A stretch of 62,294 nt of DNA, filler included, from Trypethelium eluteriae (Eukaryota), in the NCBI GenBank assembly GCA_051942245.1. It is 3 parts of 3 records of this genome, joined end to end, with 100 filler letters (N's around TTAATTAATTAA, not from the genome) between each part and the next. Parts side by side here need not be neighbours in the genome. Positions count along the whole stretch, not along the records: positions 20,814 to 41,524 come from JAVECL010000490.1; positions 41,625 to 62,294 come from JAVECL010000491.1; 1 more part is not named here. The stretch is one strand, 5' to 3'. The notes under the pieces are model-generated. The model did not search any database. It was not told the DNA's origin and was given only the letters and a program-made list of their open reading frames with translations. Numbering within the stretch: the first letter of the stretch is position 1; the number at the start of each line of letters is the position of its first letter. Of the stretch, positions 34,677 to 47,544 are shown one piece after another. Position numbers and translations under genes: made by a program.

Positions 34677-35129
34677 CGTGAGACTGTCAAAAGCTGCTTA
34701 TGATGATTTTCTCGAGGGAGACTGTGGACATTCCTACGTGTCAGCTTTAATAATCATAGGATCATTGGCCAAGGAGAGGAATGTTGACTGAACTCACGGT
34801 AGCAGAGACAACCAAATAGCGCGTCTGTGGACGAAGATTGAATTGACAAGACAGAGTAAGCGAATGAGCGACGAATGGCTACACTTCAATGAGGAGACCT
34901 CAGGAATGCAAGCAGTGGCCGTGACGATAGGTCGGATGTTTTACTCTAAGGTTCGTGAGGGTTTGGGTTTGTTTACTTCCTTATCGATAGTCTCTCCGAG
35001 CGGACAAAACTTTCCTTAGTCAGCCTTGCGTCATTTGAACATTGTGGTGATTGTCGACCATCTTATCCGGTGGGGCAAACTTGTGCTGTTGAACATCGAT
35101 ACTCATCTGGATCCATTCAACTGCTGAAG

Positions 35130-36136
35130 ATGGCATCTCCATTTATACCTCGGGTCGCATGGCGACATTATGGACGATCACATGGAAGAATTATTGGGAC
35201 TATCAAACGTGCTGTCGTCCCATGCGCCTCCAGTACACGTTGTCTCCATCAGACCTCGCGAACAACGCCCACTTTATCACCAGCTCTGAGGCCGTCAATA
35301 CGAAATAGTCAGCGCATCATTACTCCGAAAGAGCTCGGTCGTCGAACCATCTTTATCCAGACCGAAGATACGCCAAACGCAGACGTAAGGTCATCACTAG
35401 ATATATATGAGGTCGCTTGCTAATGACAGAGCTTTAGGCATTGAAATTCAAACCGAACCATCAAATCCTTCCTAAAGGATTTCAATCACCCTTTCTCGAA
35501 TATCTTTCACCTCGGGCAACGCTCGCGCCTCCTCACCCTTCTCCGCTCGCCGCACAGCTTCTGAATGTCGACGGTGTCACTTCAGTATTCTTTGGTAGCG
35601 ATTTCATTACGGTTACAAAAGATAGCGGGACACCTTGGGCACATGTGAAACCTGAAGTATTTAGCTTGATTACGGAGACAATAAATGCTGGCACGCCAAT
35701 TGTGAATACGGTGGAGGGTAAGGCGGGCGAGAGTGGGCAAGATGGTGCTGAGCAGGATACGCTTGGCTATGATGAAAATGATAGCGAGGTGGTACAAATG
35801 ATCAAAGAATTACTGGAGACTCGGATTCGACCAGCTATTCAAGAGGACGGAGGTGATATTGAATTTCGTGGATTTCATGATGGACAGGTTTTGCTGAAGT
35901 TACGAGGAGCATGCCGGACTTGCGACTCGAGCACCGTCACACTGAAAAATGGTATTGAAAGTATGCTGATGCATTATATCGAAGAAGTGCAAGGCGTGCA
36001 GCAGGTTATGGACCAAGAAGAAGAGATGGCAATGAAAGAATTTGCCAAATTTGAGGAGAAGCTCAAACAGCAGAAAGGTCCGGATGCTATCGCATCAACA
36101 GTGGGAAAGGGTAGCTTAGATACCGCGGAAGCTTAG
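35130..36136 (+). CDS. NFU1: Mitochondrial NifU-like Fe-S cluster carrier Nfu1
   Basis: Arg-rich presequence, IFIQTEDTPNAD|ALKFKP, ELLETRIRPAIQEDGGDIEF and LRGACRTC (CxxC); intron 35385-35437. Confidence 0.95.
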
Positions 36137-36842
36137 ACTGCGAAATTATCATTACTCGTGCATTTCATCTTCTTTCTTTGACGTGCAGAAGTAGAAATGT
36201 CAAGTGGACTTCCTCAAATGCTACATTGGTAGGGGTTATATCTTGACAGTTGGTAGCTCTTGAGAATCAGTACAACTTGCAGCTTCAGAGAGCTAGTCAT
36301 CTGTTTGTGCATTTTAATTTATCTCGGTACGTACTCACACTAGTACTGCTGGTGATTAGCTAGAGGTGGCGATCAGGAACGCGTTGAAAATCCCTCGGCA
36401 GGTCGCGAAAGTTTCCTATTCCACCTATCTTGTTATCAGCTACCCATGTCAAGATGCAGCTTCTGCAGACCGCCAACGCCACTTCCGTAGCCTTACTGGC
36501 TCACTCTTTCCTTCCTCGGGCGATTGTTGAGAGATTTCGAGCGCAGCGGTTGATGCGATATCTCTTCCAGACCTTATTCCTGTTTCCTTAACCCTTCACG
36601 CCACATCTTCAGCTTAAGCACCCCGCATCTTCTTTATTCCTTTTCTGGTCGTCTTATTACACATTCACTCCCTGCTCATCCTACATATTACTAGTAGAAA
36701 TCCTTTCCCTGAAAAATCATCATCACACCGCTTATCCATTAAAATCCTTCACTCGCCAGCGAGCAGCAGCAACAGTTCTCGACCAATTCGGCGCTCCCAG
36801 TCGCCAGCCACGACAAAACCTGATTGACTCCATTCACTTGCC

Positions 36843-39800
36843 ATGGTTATCATTGATAACTATGAATACCTTACTGAGGAAGAGAAGCGCCTAAAGGAAG
36901 ACCGTGAAAAGACAAAGTACTGGAAGAAATGGGGTCCATATGTTGCCGAACGGCAATGGGCAACAGGTTTGTCGAACACCATATAACAATACCGCTTACC
37001 ATTACTGATTGTTGAATAGTTCGCGAAGATTATTCGTGAGTGCCACCAACTTCAACAGGACTGAGGAAGATATGAGCTAACAACAGAAGGGCCGATGGCG
37101 ATGCTTGGAGCCGTATGTACACCCCCAAGTGTGCAGCAACTGTGACTGACTATCATAGACTTCACTCACGACATGGCCCGCAAGCGAGCCTACAGATGGG
37201 GTGAAGACGGTATCGCCGGAGTTTCAGATACGCACGGCTTGCAAAATATCGCATTCTCTTTCTGGAACGAAAAGGAGTACGTTGATGTGCCTCTCATTGC
37301 TCGATTACCGCTAACTCAATCTAGCGATTTCCTTAAAGAGCGTCTTTTCGGTTTGTCAAATCCGCAAGGAAACCATGGCGAGAGCATCAAGGAGTGTCAT
37401 TTCCATCTTGACAATACACCAAGCGTGGGTGGGATTGCCCCAAGCTACTACTACGACATGCTGACGTTTTACAGCATTCGTACATGAAATACCTCTATAA
37501 GTATCCTCAGCGACGCTTCCCATACCAAGACATGGTCAAGGAAAATGCAAGACGTTCACGTGATGTTCCTGAATACAACCTCCTCGATACTGGGGTCTTC
37601 GATGACGAGCGTTATTGGGACATCTTCATTGAAACAGCAAAACCCAACGACGATCATGAGACGCTACTCTTCCGAGTCACTGCCTACAACAGAGGCCCAG
37701 ATCCTGCACCGCTACACATTATACCTCAGATGTGGTTCAGAAATACGTGGTCTTGGGGTCGTGAGCCGCCAGAGAAGAAGCCGTCAGTACGGAAAATTGG
37801 GGAGACCACTGCATACTCAAAACATTGGAAGCTTGGTGATCGGTATCTTCAGTGCTCACCATCTCCAGGAGTGGGGCCAAGCGGACAAGACGTGATGCCG
37901 CAGCTAGTTTTCACAGAGAATGATACCAACTTTCAGGGCCTCTACGGTGGAACCAATAAGTCACCTTACGTGAAAGACGGGTTCCATCGTCTGATCGTCA
38001 ATGATGAGATCAAGGCTGTCAACCCTCAAAACACAGGTACCAAAAGCGCAGCTTGGTTTGCATTCGACGAGGGTGATGGCGTTGCGCCTGGCGAGTGCGC
38101 CGTCGTCCGCTTCACAGTGTCGCCGAGATATGAGGGTTATGTGGATGAGGAGTTATTCGACGACATTATCGAACAGAGACGAGCAGAAGCAGATGAGTTC
38201 TACCACCGGATGACCCCGATGCCGATGTCCGACGATCTCCGGAATATCCAAAGACAAGCTCTGTCAGGTATGCTATGGTGCAAACAATTCTACCACTTCA
38301 TCTGGGATGAGTGGGCGAACGGTGATCCAGGCAACCCACCACCTCCACCATCCAGAAAAGGCGTTCGTAACCAGCAATGGAAGCATATGTATCTTGACGA
38401 CATCTTGTCTATGCCAGATTCATGGGAATACCCTTTCTTCGCAGCATGGGACACTGCTTTCCATTGTCTGCCTCTTACTATGGTTGATCCGGACTTTGCC
38501 AAGAAGCAATTGGATCTATTCACTCGGGAATGGTATATGCATCCAAACGGTCAGCTCTCGGCGTACGAATGGAACTTTGGCGATGTCAACCCGCCAGTGC
38601 ATGCCTGGGCCACATTTCGAACGTTCAAAATGGAGCGTAAAATGTACGGCCGTGAAGACATTGACTTCTTGGAGCGGGTCTTCCAGAAGCTGCTGTTGAA
38701 TTTTACTTGGTGGGTCAACCGAAAGGATTCCGAGGGAAAGAACATTTTCGAAGGAGGTTTCTTGGGGATGGACAATGTGGGCTGTTTTAATCGCTCAGAT
38801 CCCCTACCCACTGGTGGTGTACTGGAACAAGCCGACAGCACCGGTTGGATGGCGTTTTATTGTCTTTCCATGCTGAATATAGCACTGGAGATGGCCAAGC
38901 ACCGACGTACCTACGAAGACATTGCCTCCAAGTTCTTCGAGCATTTCCTGATGATAAGCGATGCTATGCAATTTCGAGCTGGCAGCGAGTCTAAACCGCT
39001 CTGGAACGATCAAGATGGCTTTTACTATGATGCAATCTCCTGGGGTGGGCCTTGGAGCCGTCAAATGCCTGTCCGGTCCCTTGTTGGGTTAGTACCTCTC
39101 TTCGCTACTGCAACACTGGAGCCTGTGGTTATCAACAAATTTCCGGCCTTCAGGAAACGGATGATGTGGTTCATCGAAAATCGTAAGGATCTCGTTCAGC
39201 GAAATGTTGCCAGTATGCACCGTCGCGGCAAGGATGATCGCCTGCTACTCTCACTTGTCAACGAAGATCGTTTACGTAGAATTCTCAAGTATATGTTGGA
39301 CGAAGACGAGTTTCTTGCAGATCATGGCATCCGCTCGCTCTCCAAATACCATAAGGATCACCCATACTCATGGGATGTTAATGGCCAAAGATTCCAGGTC
39401 AGCTACATTCCCGGAGATTCTGACAGTGGTCTATTTGGTGGTAACAGCAACTGGCGTGGGCCTATCTGGATGGCGATGAACCAAATGCTCATTGAAGCGC
39501 TACTTCGCTTCTACATGTTCTATGGTAATTCTTTCAAAGTCGAGTGCCCTACTGGTTCTGGCAACTACATGCATCTGGGACATGTTGCGGAAGAGATCCA
39601 ACATCGCCTTCAGCATCTCTTTACGCGTGGAGACGACGGGAAGCGGGCCATCAACGCGGGTAATGAGATGCTAGACTTCGACCCGAATTGGAAAGATTAC
39701 GTCTGGTTCTACGAGTTCTTCCATGGAGACTCTGGACGAGGTTTGGGCGCAAGCCATCAAACCGGGTGGACCGGACTGATTGCAAAGATGATCCACGACA

Positions 39801-40258
39801 CTGGGTAAGCAGTTCCTTTGTAGATGCGCATCTTCCTTTTCGCGGAAACTGACCTGCTGTTTAGCTCCAACTGCCGCCTCCCTCAAACCCCGCGTAACCC
39901 CTCTACTGCAGCGGCCCACTATTTTGACGACATCTTTACGCGTCAACGGCAGATTGGCCAAGGCAAACGCAACCATCTTCGCCGCTCATCTACCAGCCGT
40001 TCTATCGGCAGTCGCAGCGACTGGGCTGAGTCTACTGAGGGCGACGAGGATGATGATAGCGCCTTTGGCAAGCCTGCGCGCAATAACTCTATCTTCTTCG
40101 ACGAAGCAACCTTGAAGGAGAAGGCAGAGCTTGATGAGCAGGTTGCGAGCTATGTGCAGGACCAGTTAGAGCGGATGAAAAGCCCCGATGCAACGGATCG
40201 GTATCGGGACGAGTTGGAGGCACAGCTGGACGAGAAGTGGCAGGTCAACGGACACTGA
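36843..40258 (+). CDS. GH63-related six-hairpin glycosidase (YMR196W / MGH1-like)
   Basis: WKKWGPYVAERQWATVREDYS, AYRWGEDGIAG, LKERLFGLSNPQGNHGE, SMPDSWEYPFFAAWD, GGNSNWRGPIW and EFFHGDSGRGLGASHQTGWTG motifs; several small 5' exons. Confidence 0.9.
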
Positions 40259-40379
40259 GGACAAGGAGATGATCCTGAGAGGCCCCTGGAGTTATTGCGG
40301 CGCAGCGCTGTTAGCGATTGGAATCCGAAATGGGAAAACGAAACATGCTCGCGGGTGAAATGTATGCGATGATGAATGC

Positions 40380-40434
40380 TAGACCGTAGACCTAGACCTA
40401 GACTTAGACTTAGACTTAGACCAAGACCTAGAGC
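40380..40434. repeat. Imperfect hexamer microsatellite (TAGACY)n
   Basis: tagacc-g-tagacc-tagacc-tagact-tagact-tagact-tagacc-aagacc-tagagc, downstream of the GH63-like gene. Confidence 0.85.
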
Positions 40435-41001
40435 TTCTTAGATATCATCGTTAAGCATTCTAGCTTGTTTTACCATATGTGCACTTCACCGCCGAAAAAT
40501 GGTTATTCTCGTTGAAGCTTCAATTATTTCAGAAGTCTATCTTGCTTTTCTTAAAGTACCAGTGGGGCCATAAACAGGGGTTGCATGATATAGACGTCAT
40601 GACTGACCAAATCTGTACAACAGAGCGAAATAAGCAAAAGCTGAAAATCCTAAGCGACGCCGAAATTATGCCCAACGGCCAAATTCGCTTATCATAAACC
40701 CATATGAACAATCCGATAATAATCCTACTCTTTGCACGCGGAAATGCCCCCACCCGTATGCAGACGTTACGCCCAAATTGACGCATGATCGCTGCCCAAG
40801 TCTACTGACACCTGCACCCAAAAACCAAAAGGAAAATTCTATCCCCGACTCCCCGTCCAGGCGTGCCACTGCCCTGGCAAGTGAAACCCCATCAGGCCGC
40901 CCACTGTCTCCACTCCGCGGGCCGCTCCGCATAGCAGACGCACGACAACTGGTGACAATGGAAATCAACAAAAGAGAAAAATCGAAAAGGTAACAGCAAC
41001 T

Positions 41002-41524
41002 TCATTTCGCCTTCTTGCCATCCTCCGTCTCAGCAATCAGCATGCGCAGCCTCTTATTCTCCAGATACCAAGCCGTAGCAATAACACTAAGAACACCCAC
41101 CGCGACCGCCGACTGCGGCACGGTGCTCGGGTCATAAGGGGGATCGAAGCCCGCGGTGCCGGGAAACAGGTTCCCACTCATGAGCATCGTAACGTAGTAG
41201 GTGGAGATGACGGTGGCACAGAGGTGGAGGCGCTCGCGCTCGTTCTTGAGGCGCTCGAGCTGCGGCGTGCGCGTGCTGTCGCGCGACGGCGACGGGTACC
41301 ACAGCAGCCACAGCAGGAACAGCGCGTTGTACACCGACAGCGACATCGTCTGCCCCGCGTGGAACTTGGCGTGTGGTGGCCACAGCGGGTTCCACATGTG
41401 TGACGCCGTCATGTCTTGCGAGAAGGCGGCGATCGGGCTGAAGAAGGCGAGGAAGGTGAAGATGTTGCGCCCGGCGGACCAGGTGCCCCAGGTGCGGGGG
41501 GCGGAGGGGAGGACGGTGGAGGCC
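41002..41524 (-). CDS. Small membrane protein, DUF6640-like; 5' end lost in the gap
   Basis: HMWNPLWPPHAKFHAGQTMS signature followed by several hydrophobic helices; the frame is open up to the gap. Confidence 0.7.
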
Positions 41525-41624
41525 NNNNNNNNNNNNNNNNNNNNNNNNNNNNNNNNNNNNNNNNNNNNTTAATTAATTAANNNNNNNNNNNNNNNNNNNN
41601 NNNNNNNNNNNNNNNNNNNNNNNN
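41525..41624. other. Assembly gap with TTAATTAATTAA linker (41569-41580)
   Basis: Same construct as 20714-20813. Confidence 0.97.
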
Positions 41625-42162
41625 CAACAACAACAATCCGTTCTCCGCCTTCTATGCCCACCCCCCATCCCGCACCTCGCTCGAGCAGCTCAACTCCTCC
41701 CGCAACGCCTCCCGCCAGAACCTGCACCTTGGCCCGAGCAACGGTAGCGGCATCGTGAACGAAAACACCCACTCCAACCACTCCCAGCATGATCTCGAGA
41801 AGGGCCTACGACCGACGTCGTTGACGAACCTCTCTGGCTCCATCGGACCACGACCTTCTACTGATCGCCTAAATTACCACCATGATAGTTCGACTGCTTG
41901 GCCTACGAAGCAGAGCCTCAAGGCCAAGGCGCGCGCCATGAAGCTCGAGCGGAGGCTGCAGCGGAGTGGACGGGGTTGCTGTGGTAGCTGTGTCGAGTTG
42001 AGGGAGCGGTGCCGCTTGAAAGGGAGGATGAAGTTGTGGGTCAAGATCCTGCTGGGCTTGCTAATTGTGGCGGCCGCGGTGGGGATCGGGATCGGAGTGA
42101 GTCGCGCCGTTGGAGGTGGAGTGTGGGCGAAGCATGGGACTACCCAGATTGGGGCACATTGA
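41625..42162 (+). CDS. Hypothetical protein with a C-terminal transmembrane helix; 5' end lost in the gap
   Basis: Open frame with DLEKG, WPTKQSLK, a basic stretch, then KLWVKILLGLLIVAAAVGIGIGVSRAVGGGVW. Confidence 0.7.
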
Positions 42163-43236
42163 TATTGATGATGACGATGGTGATATTATTGGGCGAGTGG
42201 CTGGAGGGGTGAGATGAATGGGGAGTTTGTTGAAGATACCTTATGTGCGTGGCTAGCGTATTCGCTTGTCAGAAGAGTGGGACAGGTGCAGGCTTCCTCG
42301 GGATTTGCTTTCTTGTCGATTATTTCCTATTCACCTTTCGTCCTACAGAAATATTGTCCTCTCAGGTGCAAGCGTCGCGGAGACTGGATACATAGTCGGC
42401 CTTCCGTCTGTTTCTCGCTTGACTATCTCTTGTTTCCCATACCTCCCTTCGCAGTTCCCCCAAATAGAACATCGAGAAGGCTGCTGAGCGGTCGTCTGTC
42501 AGGTATCCAGCTTTGATCTGTCTATGCGGCGGGGTATACACAACTGGCTCGTGCTAAGAGCCTTGTAGAGTAGTAGGATGAAGGTTTCGTAATGCGTTGA
42601 GTGTGTGGTTATGGAAATGCACAATACCAAACGCAATGGCTTGTATATATCTCATTATCTCTCTAGCTGCTTGTGCTGTGTCTGAAAGAGCTGGACACGA
42701 ATGCAATAATGTTTACCAATGAATTATAACTTGCCAGGTTGTAGCTAGCGGAGGTACGAATGCGAGACCGACTCATAGGTATCATACAAAGGGTATCATT
42801 CCATCTATCTATCTCTCTGCCTACTAAACTTCCAGACAACTGTACAAATATGTCTCCAAAATATGAAATGAGCAATAGCGTTAACGGGGATACCGTGGCT
42901 TGCTGGTGACAAGAGAGCGACCAGCCACAGACGTATACTCCCTTACGCCAAAAGTAATGAACACGAGAAGCGAATTGCGAAGGCCGGTAGAGAAATCCGT
43001 CGCCGGGAAGACAAATAAATCAAACAAAAGGAAAGGAAAAAAAATAAATAAAAGCAACCGTGAGAGCACTGAAACAATGAACAAGAAAAGCTCAAGGGAG
43101 GAAATGGCCGTGAATCGTCGTCAACCTACTCCATTCTGTAACCTCTGTCGATGTCATAAGCGGCCGTGAGAAATCATACATCAAACTCCACCTATACCGT
43201 ACGCTCGTACATTCCAACACCTGCCTCTCACTTCCC

Positions 43237-45707
43237 TTACCCTTCCGTCAACAACAACCTCGCAAGCAGCCGATCAAACAGCCACATCGGGTCCTCCCCG
43301 CCCTTTGCCTCGCCCTCAAAACGCCTCTGTCGGCACGTCTCCAAATACTCCTTCTTCTGCGCAATTGCATCTCGCAGGCCCTTTATGAAACCGTCCGCGA
43401 CATCCTGCTGGTGGTTCGAGATGCTGGGCACACGCTGCTTGGCGCTGCGCCCTCCTTGCCTGGGCGGCCCCGACGACGAGGATGATCGCGCGCTGTTCGT
43501 GCTGCCGAGGGATGTCGAGCGCGACATGTTTGTCGAGCGAGGCGGCGAGGTAGAACTGGATGTGGCACCGAGACGGGAGTGGCAGCTACCGAAGCACGCG
43601 GCGTAGAATTTGAGGAGGTAGTCGACGCCCTGCGACTCGAGGGCCTGGCAGGTTTCAGTGGTGGATGGGGGAGGAGAGGGGAGCGCGAGTCGGGGACCGA
43701 AGACGTGTGGGTTGGACGGATTGTTGGGTGGGAACTTGTGCAGGGCATGGAAGCCTGTGCGGTGGCCATGGTACTGGATGGTCTCCATGGCCATGACGAG
43801 GAGGGAATTGACGGCGAGGACGACGAACCAGTCGGAGCACCGAGATGAGAGCGAGAGAGGTTCGAGTGTCTCGAGGATCTCCTTCAGCATCGACTGCGCG
43901 AGGATGTCCATAACGCCGCCAAGCTGAGCACGGATAAAGCAGGGGGTGGCGACGTTTGGGGGACTGTCATTGCCGCGGTACCAGGCAGCGAACCGGCGGA
44001 GCGCATTTCCCACGAGGTGGAAGTCCGGCTCGACGCTAATCACGTCTCCAATGTGGACGAGCACGAGTAGCTTGAGTGTCTTCTGCATTAAATCACTATG
44101 GACACGCTGAAATCTATTTTAGCATATATTTCGAAGACAACGGATGGAGTGACAGTACCTCTTCAAGTTGCTGATAAACTCTCCAGATCCAGCTAAGAAC
44201 GGTCAAGTGAGAATCGAAGAGAGGAAAATCTTGAAACCAATGGTCCACGAGTTGTCCAAGATGGCGATCCAATATTGGCTTCAATGCCTGCGGACTGGCG
44301 TCGGTAAGGACAACTGGAAGGACGAGGTGGGTCTCATCCGTCCTGCTCAAAAGAGCACCTTTCGTGGGCGGAAACTCGTGGGTGACGTGCCTGTGAAGTA
44401 ACAGGGCTGGATCTTCCGGTGCTACCCACCGAGCTCGCATGTTTAGGGGGGGTCCAAAGCTGAAATTGATGGGGATAGTGAACTCGTCTTTATAAGGCTG
44501 ATAGCGACCCTTCCCAAGGAAGTCATCGAGCGTTAGTGCTGAGGGATGCCATGGCAGATTTCCTATTGTAAGTCAGCAGGAAGCATTCAAAATCTCAAAT
44601 TGACATGCATCTCATACCATCCAGCAGGACATCGGCGAGTGAATCCAACCACTTCCCTCTGCAGGGATGGTAGATGAGATCGTTCTTAAAGTAATGCACA
44701 CAGGCTTTACAGTACAATCCGTCGTCGCACTACATGTCGATCGTCAGTCATTGGATTATGTGCATCAAAAGTGATGATTAGCTTGCCTTCTCACGACGCT
44801 TGCGACAACTCGGACAAGCTCCCACTTTCCTCATACGACCTGCGTCACGCCTCTGCACTTCGCTGAGTTTCCCCTTCCGTCCCTTTCGAGTATCAGCATT
44901 CGAGTCGAACTTTTTCATCTTTTTGGTCTCCTCATCGACAGTATACTGAATAAATTCAATACTGGATGACTCGATAAAGCCGGGACCATGTGACAGCTTA
45001 TGACTTCCCTTGGGAGGTTCGGACTGGGACGCACTACAGGGCGACCATGAGCTGGAAAAAGGTTCTGGAAGTCCGGAAGCGAAATATTTATCTGTGTCCT
45101 TACTAAGGCTCACAAACGTGTCGGTGTTATGGAGTGTCGCGGGTTTAGGGGGGCTTGACGGAAGGAATCCCTCCTGGTAGCGGCTCGATGGAAGCGTGAG
45201 AGATGAAGTACGCCTAACGACGTCAAAAGGCATGGCAGGCTCAGGAGCGCTAGAAGGAGAAAAGCCCTGAGTGCAGTTTCCTGGTGTAAGCGCGAGCGAT
45301 GAAACGTGCCCATTACCAGGCTGGGCCATGGCTAGCGCAGGTGCGCTCGATGGAGAGAATCGGTCAGGAGGGCCTCTTGATGGGAGCGCGAGCGATGAAG
45401 CATGGTTCAGAGCATCTTCGGTCATGCTACTAGGGCTACCCATCGAGCTTGCCACGCTAGTGAAAGATTCCTGAGCATGCTTGTGCTCGGGGAACGAGTC
45501 ACTCGCATTGAAGAGAGAGAATGGATCAGCAAGGCTGGATTCTACCTCTACGTCAGAGAACGATGTGAACGAGAATGAGATGTCGTCGGTAGTGGCGTCG
45601 GGACATTCGAAGGATAGATCGAAGTTGAAGTCCGTTTCAAGAAGATCAGTGGGTTGAAATTCTTGGAGGAACGGATCAACGGTCTGATGAGGCTGGGCCA
45701 TAGACAT
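43237..45707 (-). CDS. Zn2Cys6-like fungal transcription factor with an internal zinc cluster
   Basis: RKGRKGKLSEVQRRDAGRMRKVGACPSCRKRREK|CDDGLYCKAC...HPC. The intron at 44730-44786 has a GC donor. Two further introns join ORFs 44114-44440 and 43237-44088. Confidence 0.78.
45110..45400 (-). repeat. Three degenerate 96-nt (32-aa) tandem repeats within the transcription factor N-terminus
   Basis: SSLALPSRGPPDRFSPSSAPALAM / SSLALTPGNCTQGFSPSSAPEPAM / SSLTLPSSRYQEGFLPSSPPKPAT with a period of 32 codons. Confidence 0.8.
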
Positions 45708-47544
45708 GTGAATGGATAGAAAAGTGATAATATCAAGAAGGGTAGGGTTAGACAAGTGCTCTCGAACGCCTGGGCTAGGCCTGGATTTCTCTATTGAGGC
45801 GTCGATAAGATGAAGATCACATAAGATTACACAGAAAATTGAGAGGTTTGCTCGTGGGTTAATATCTTTACCTTATCACTACCACCACTACGCCTTTCTC
45901 CATGGGCATCTGGCGAGGCTAACTCACCTTTCCGAATGCGGTCACCAGCGAACATGCGGGCACACTGCTCCATTGTCAACCTTTGCTTGGTCGCCGGGCG
46001 TACAGTACCTGCTGCCTAGGCGCCCTGGTGTTGCAGGTCCTCAGCATCTGCAATCTATCTGCTAGTATGGCAATGTCATGCTCGACACTTGTTCTGGATG
46101 ATAAGCATGCGGCTTTTCCAACTCGAATCCAGTGCCAGCCCTGCTTTTATTTTTTCCCCTCTCTTACTTCAGGCAGCCGTTGCAGCCAGGCATGTCAGAC
46201 CGACTAGGCCAGGACAATGGGATCTGAATGACGCAGCGGATACATATCGGTCCGTAGGTTCCCCAGAGGCCGAGGCCCGTCAGAACGGTAATCTTTCCCC
46301 AGAATACCGGTCGCCCTGCAGCCAGTGTGGCAGGGTCCGAGACACATGGCCATCGAAATTCCCTATAAGCTCGACTCGCCTGCCAATGCGATTGTGCTTG
46401 CCAGTTTTTAGGCGATGGCCATGTGTCTGCGCCAGACTGCTCTAACCACGGCATCCTTCCCGCGTCCACGGATAAGGCGTGGGCTCCGGCATCGGCAGCT
46501 CTGACGACATTCGATTGTAACCTTCCGTGATATAATTGACTTCCTCAGTGCCGGCACCGGGTGAGCAAGTGAATGTCTCATGTGACGTTGAATATCCGAA
46601 TTGGGCAAGAATGATGCTCGACAAAATGCTCGAACAGCATGGAGACATTGTACACTATCGTCGGCGTTGGCCGACAAGAAGCGGGTGACACCATGTCGTT
46701 GAGTCATTCCATCGTTTCCATGCTGATGCTCGTGGTCAATAGAAGAATTGCCCGGCGACTAAGCCATCCAACACCCCCCAGGCAATTTGGACTCTTCTGG
46801 ATGAGCGGCTGGTCACTGCGAAGATCTGGAGGGCGGAGCAAAGAGCGATCTGCTCGCCTCGCATAGCGAATTTCGCTTGAAGTAGCAACTGCTCTGTAGA
46901 ATGTAAGTTGGCTGATGAATTAGCCTAGGGAGTCGCCGTTTCGATAGAAGTTTAGGTAGTCTTGAACTGTCCCATCCATCACCAGGATGGCCAGTACATT
47001 CCAAGGGTTTCTCGGAAACATTACTGTCATCTGACTTGTGCCTGGTTCAAGGGTATGCGACTTTGCTGACGTGCAGCACTAGACACGCGAGAGAAGGGAA
47101 TTGTAATTGCTTATTGCTGGTACTTGAATGGTGAGGAGTCACGGCGTGACGTCAGTCAAAGCACGCGTGGCTGAGGCGCGCATCAACGCGCAATTTTCGC
47201 GAACCCCCGAACGACGAGGTTGAAATCAGAGTTCGTTGGATGGCGCTACGACTTACGCAGGAGGGGAGCTCTGGCCGCAACTAATTTGGTATTGGAGACG
47301 AAGTAACGCAAAGGTATTTCCAAACTTCGAGAATGTTGCCGAGACGCATAGGCTCCATCAGGGTCACACCGCCAGTTGAGCGGGGGTGAAGAACGATTTT
47401 CGTCTCCACCTGTGCCATGTTCCCGAATAAGGTGTGCACTGGTTTGACCAGGAGCTTCATAATTCCTTCATCCATCACAACTAATCCGTTCGCTCTATCT
47501 GGATCTTGTGACTCTCAATTGAGTCGGCATGTGTAATATAGTCA

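Noticed and set aside
40380..40434. TAGACY repeats as a telomere- or CRISPR-like array
   Set aside because: No spacers and not TTAGGG; an ordinary microsatellite in a 3' region.
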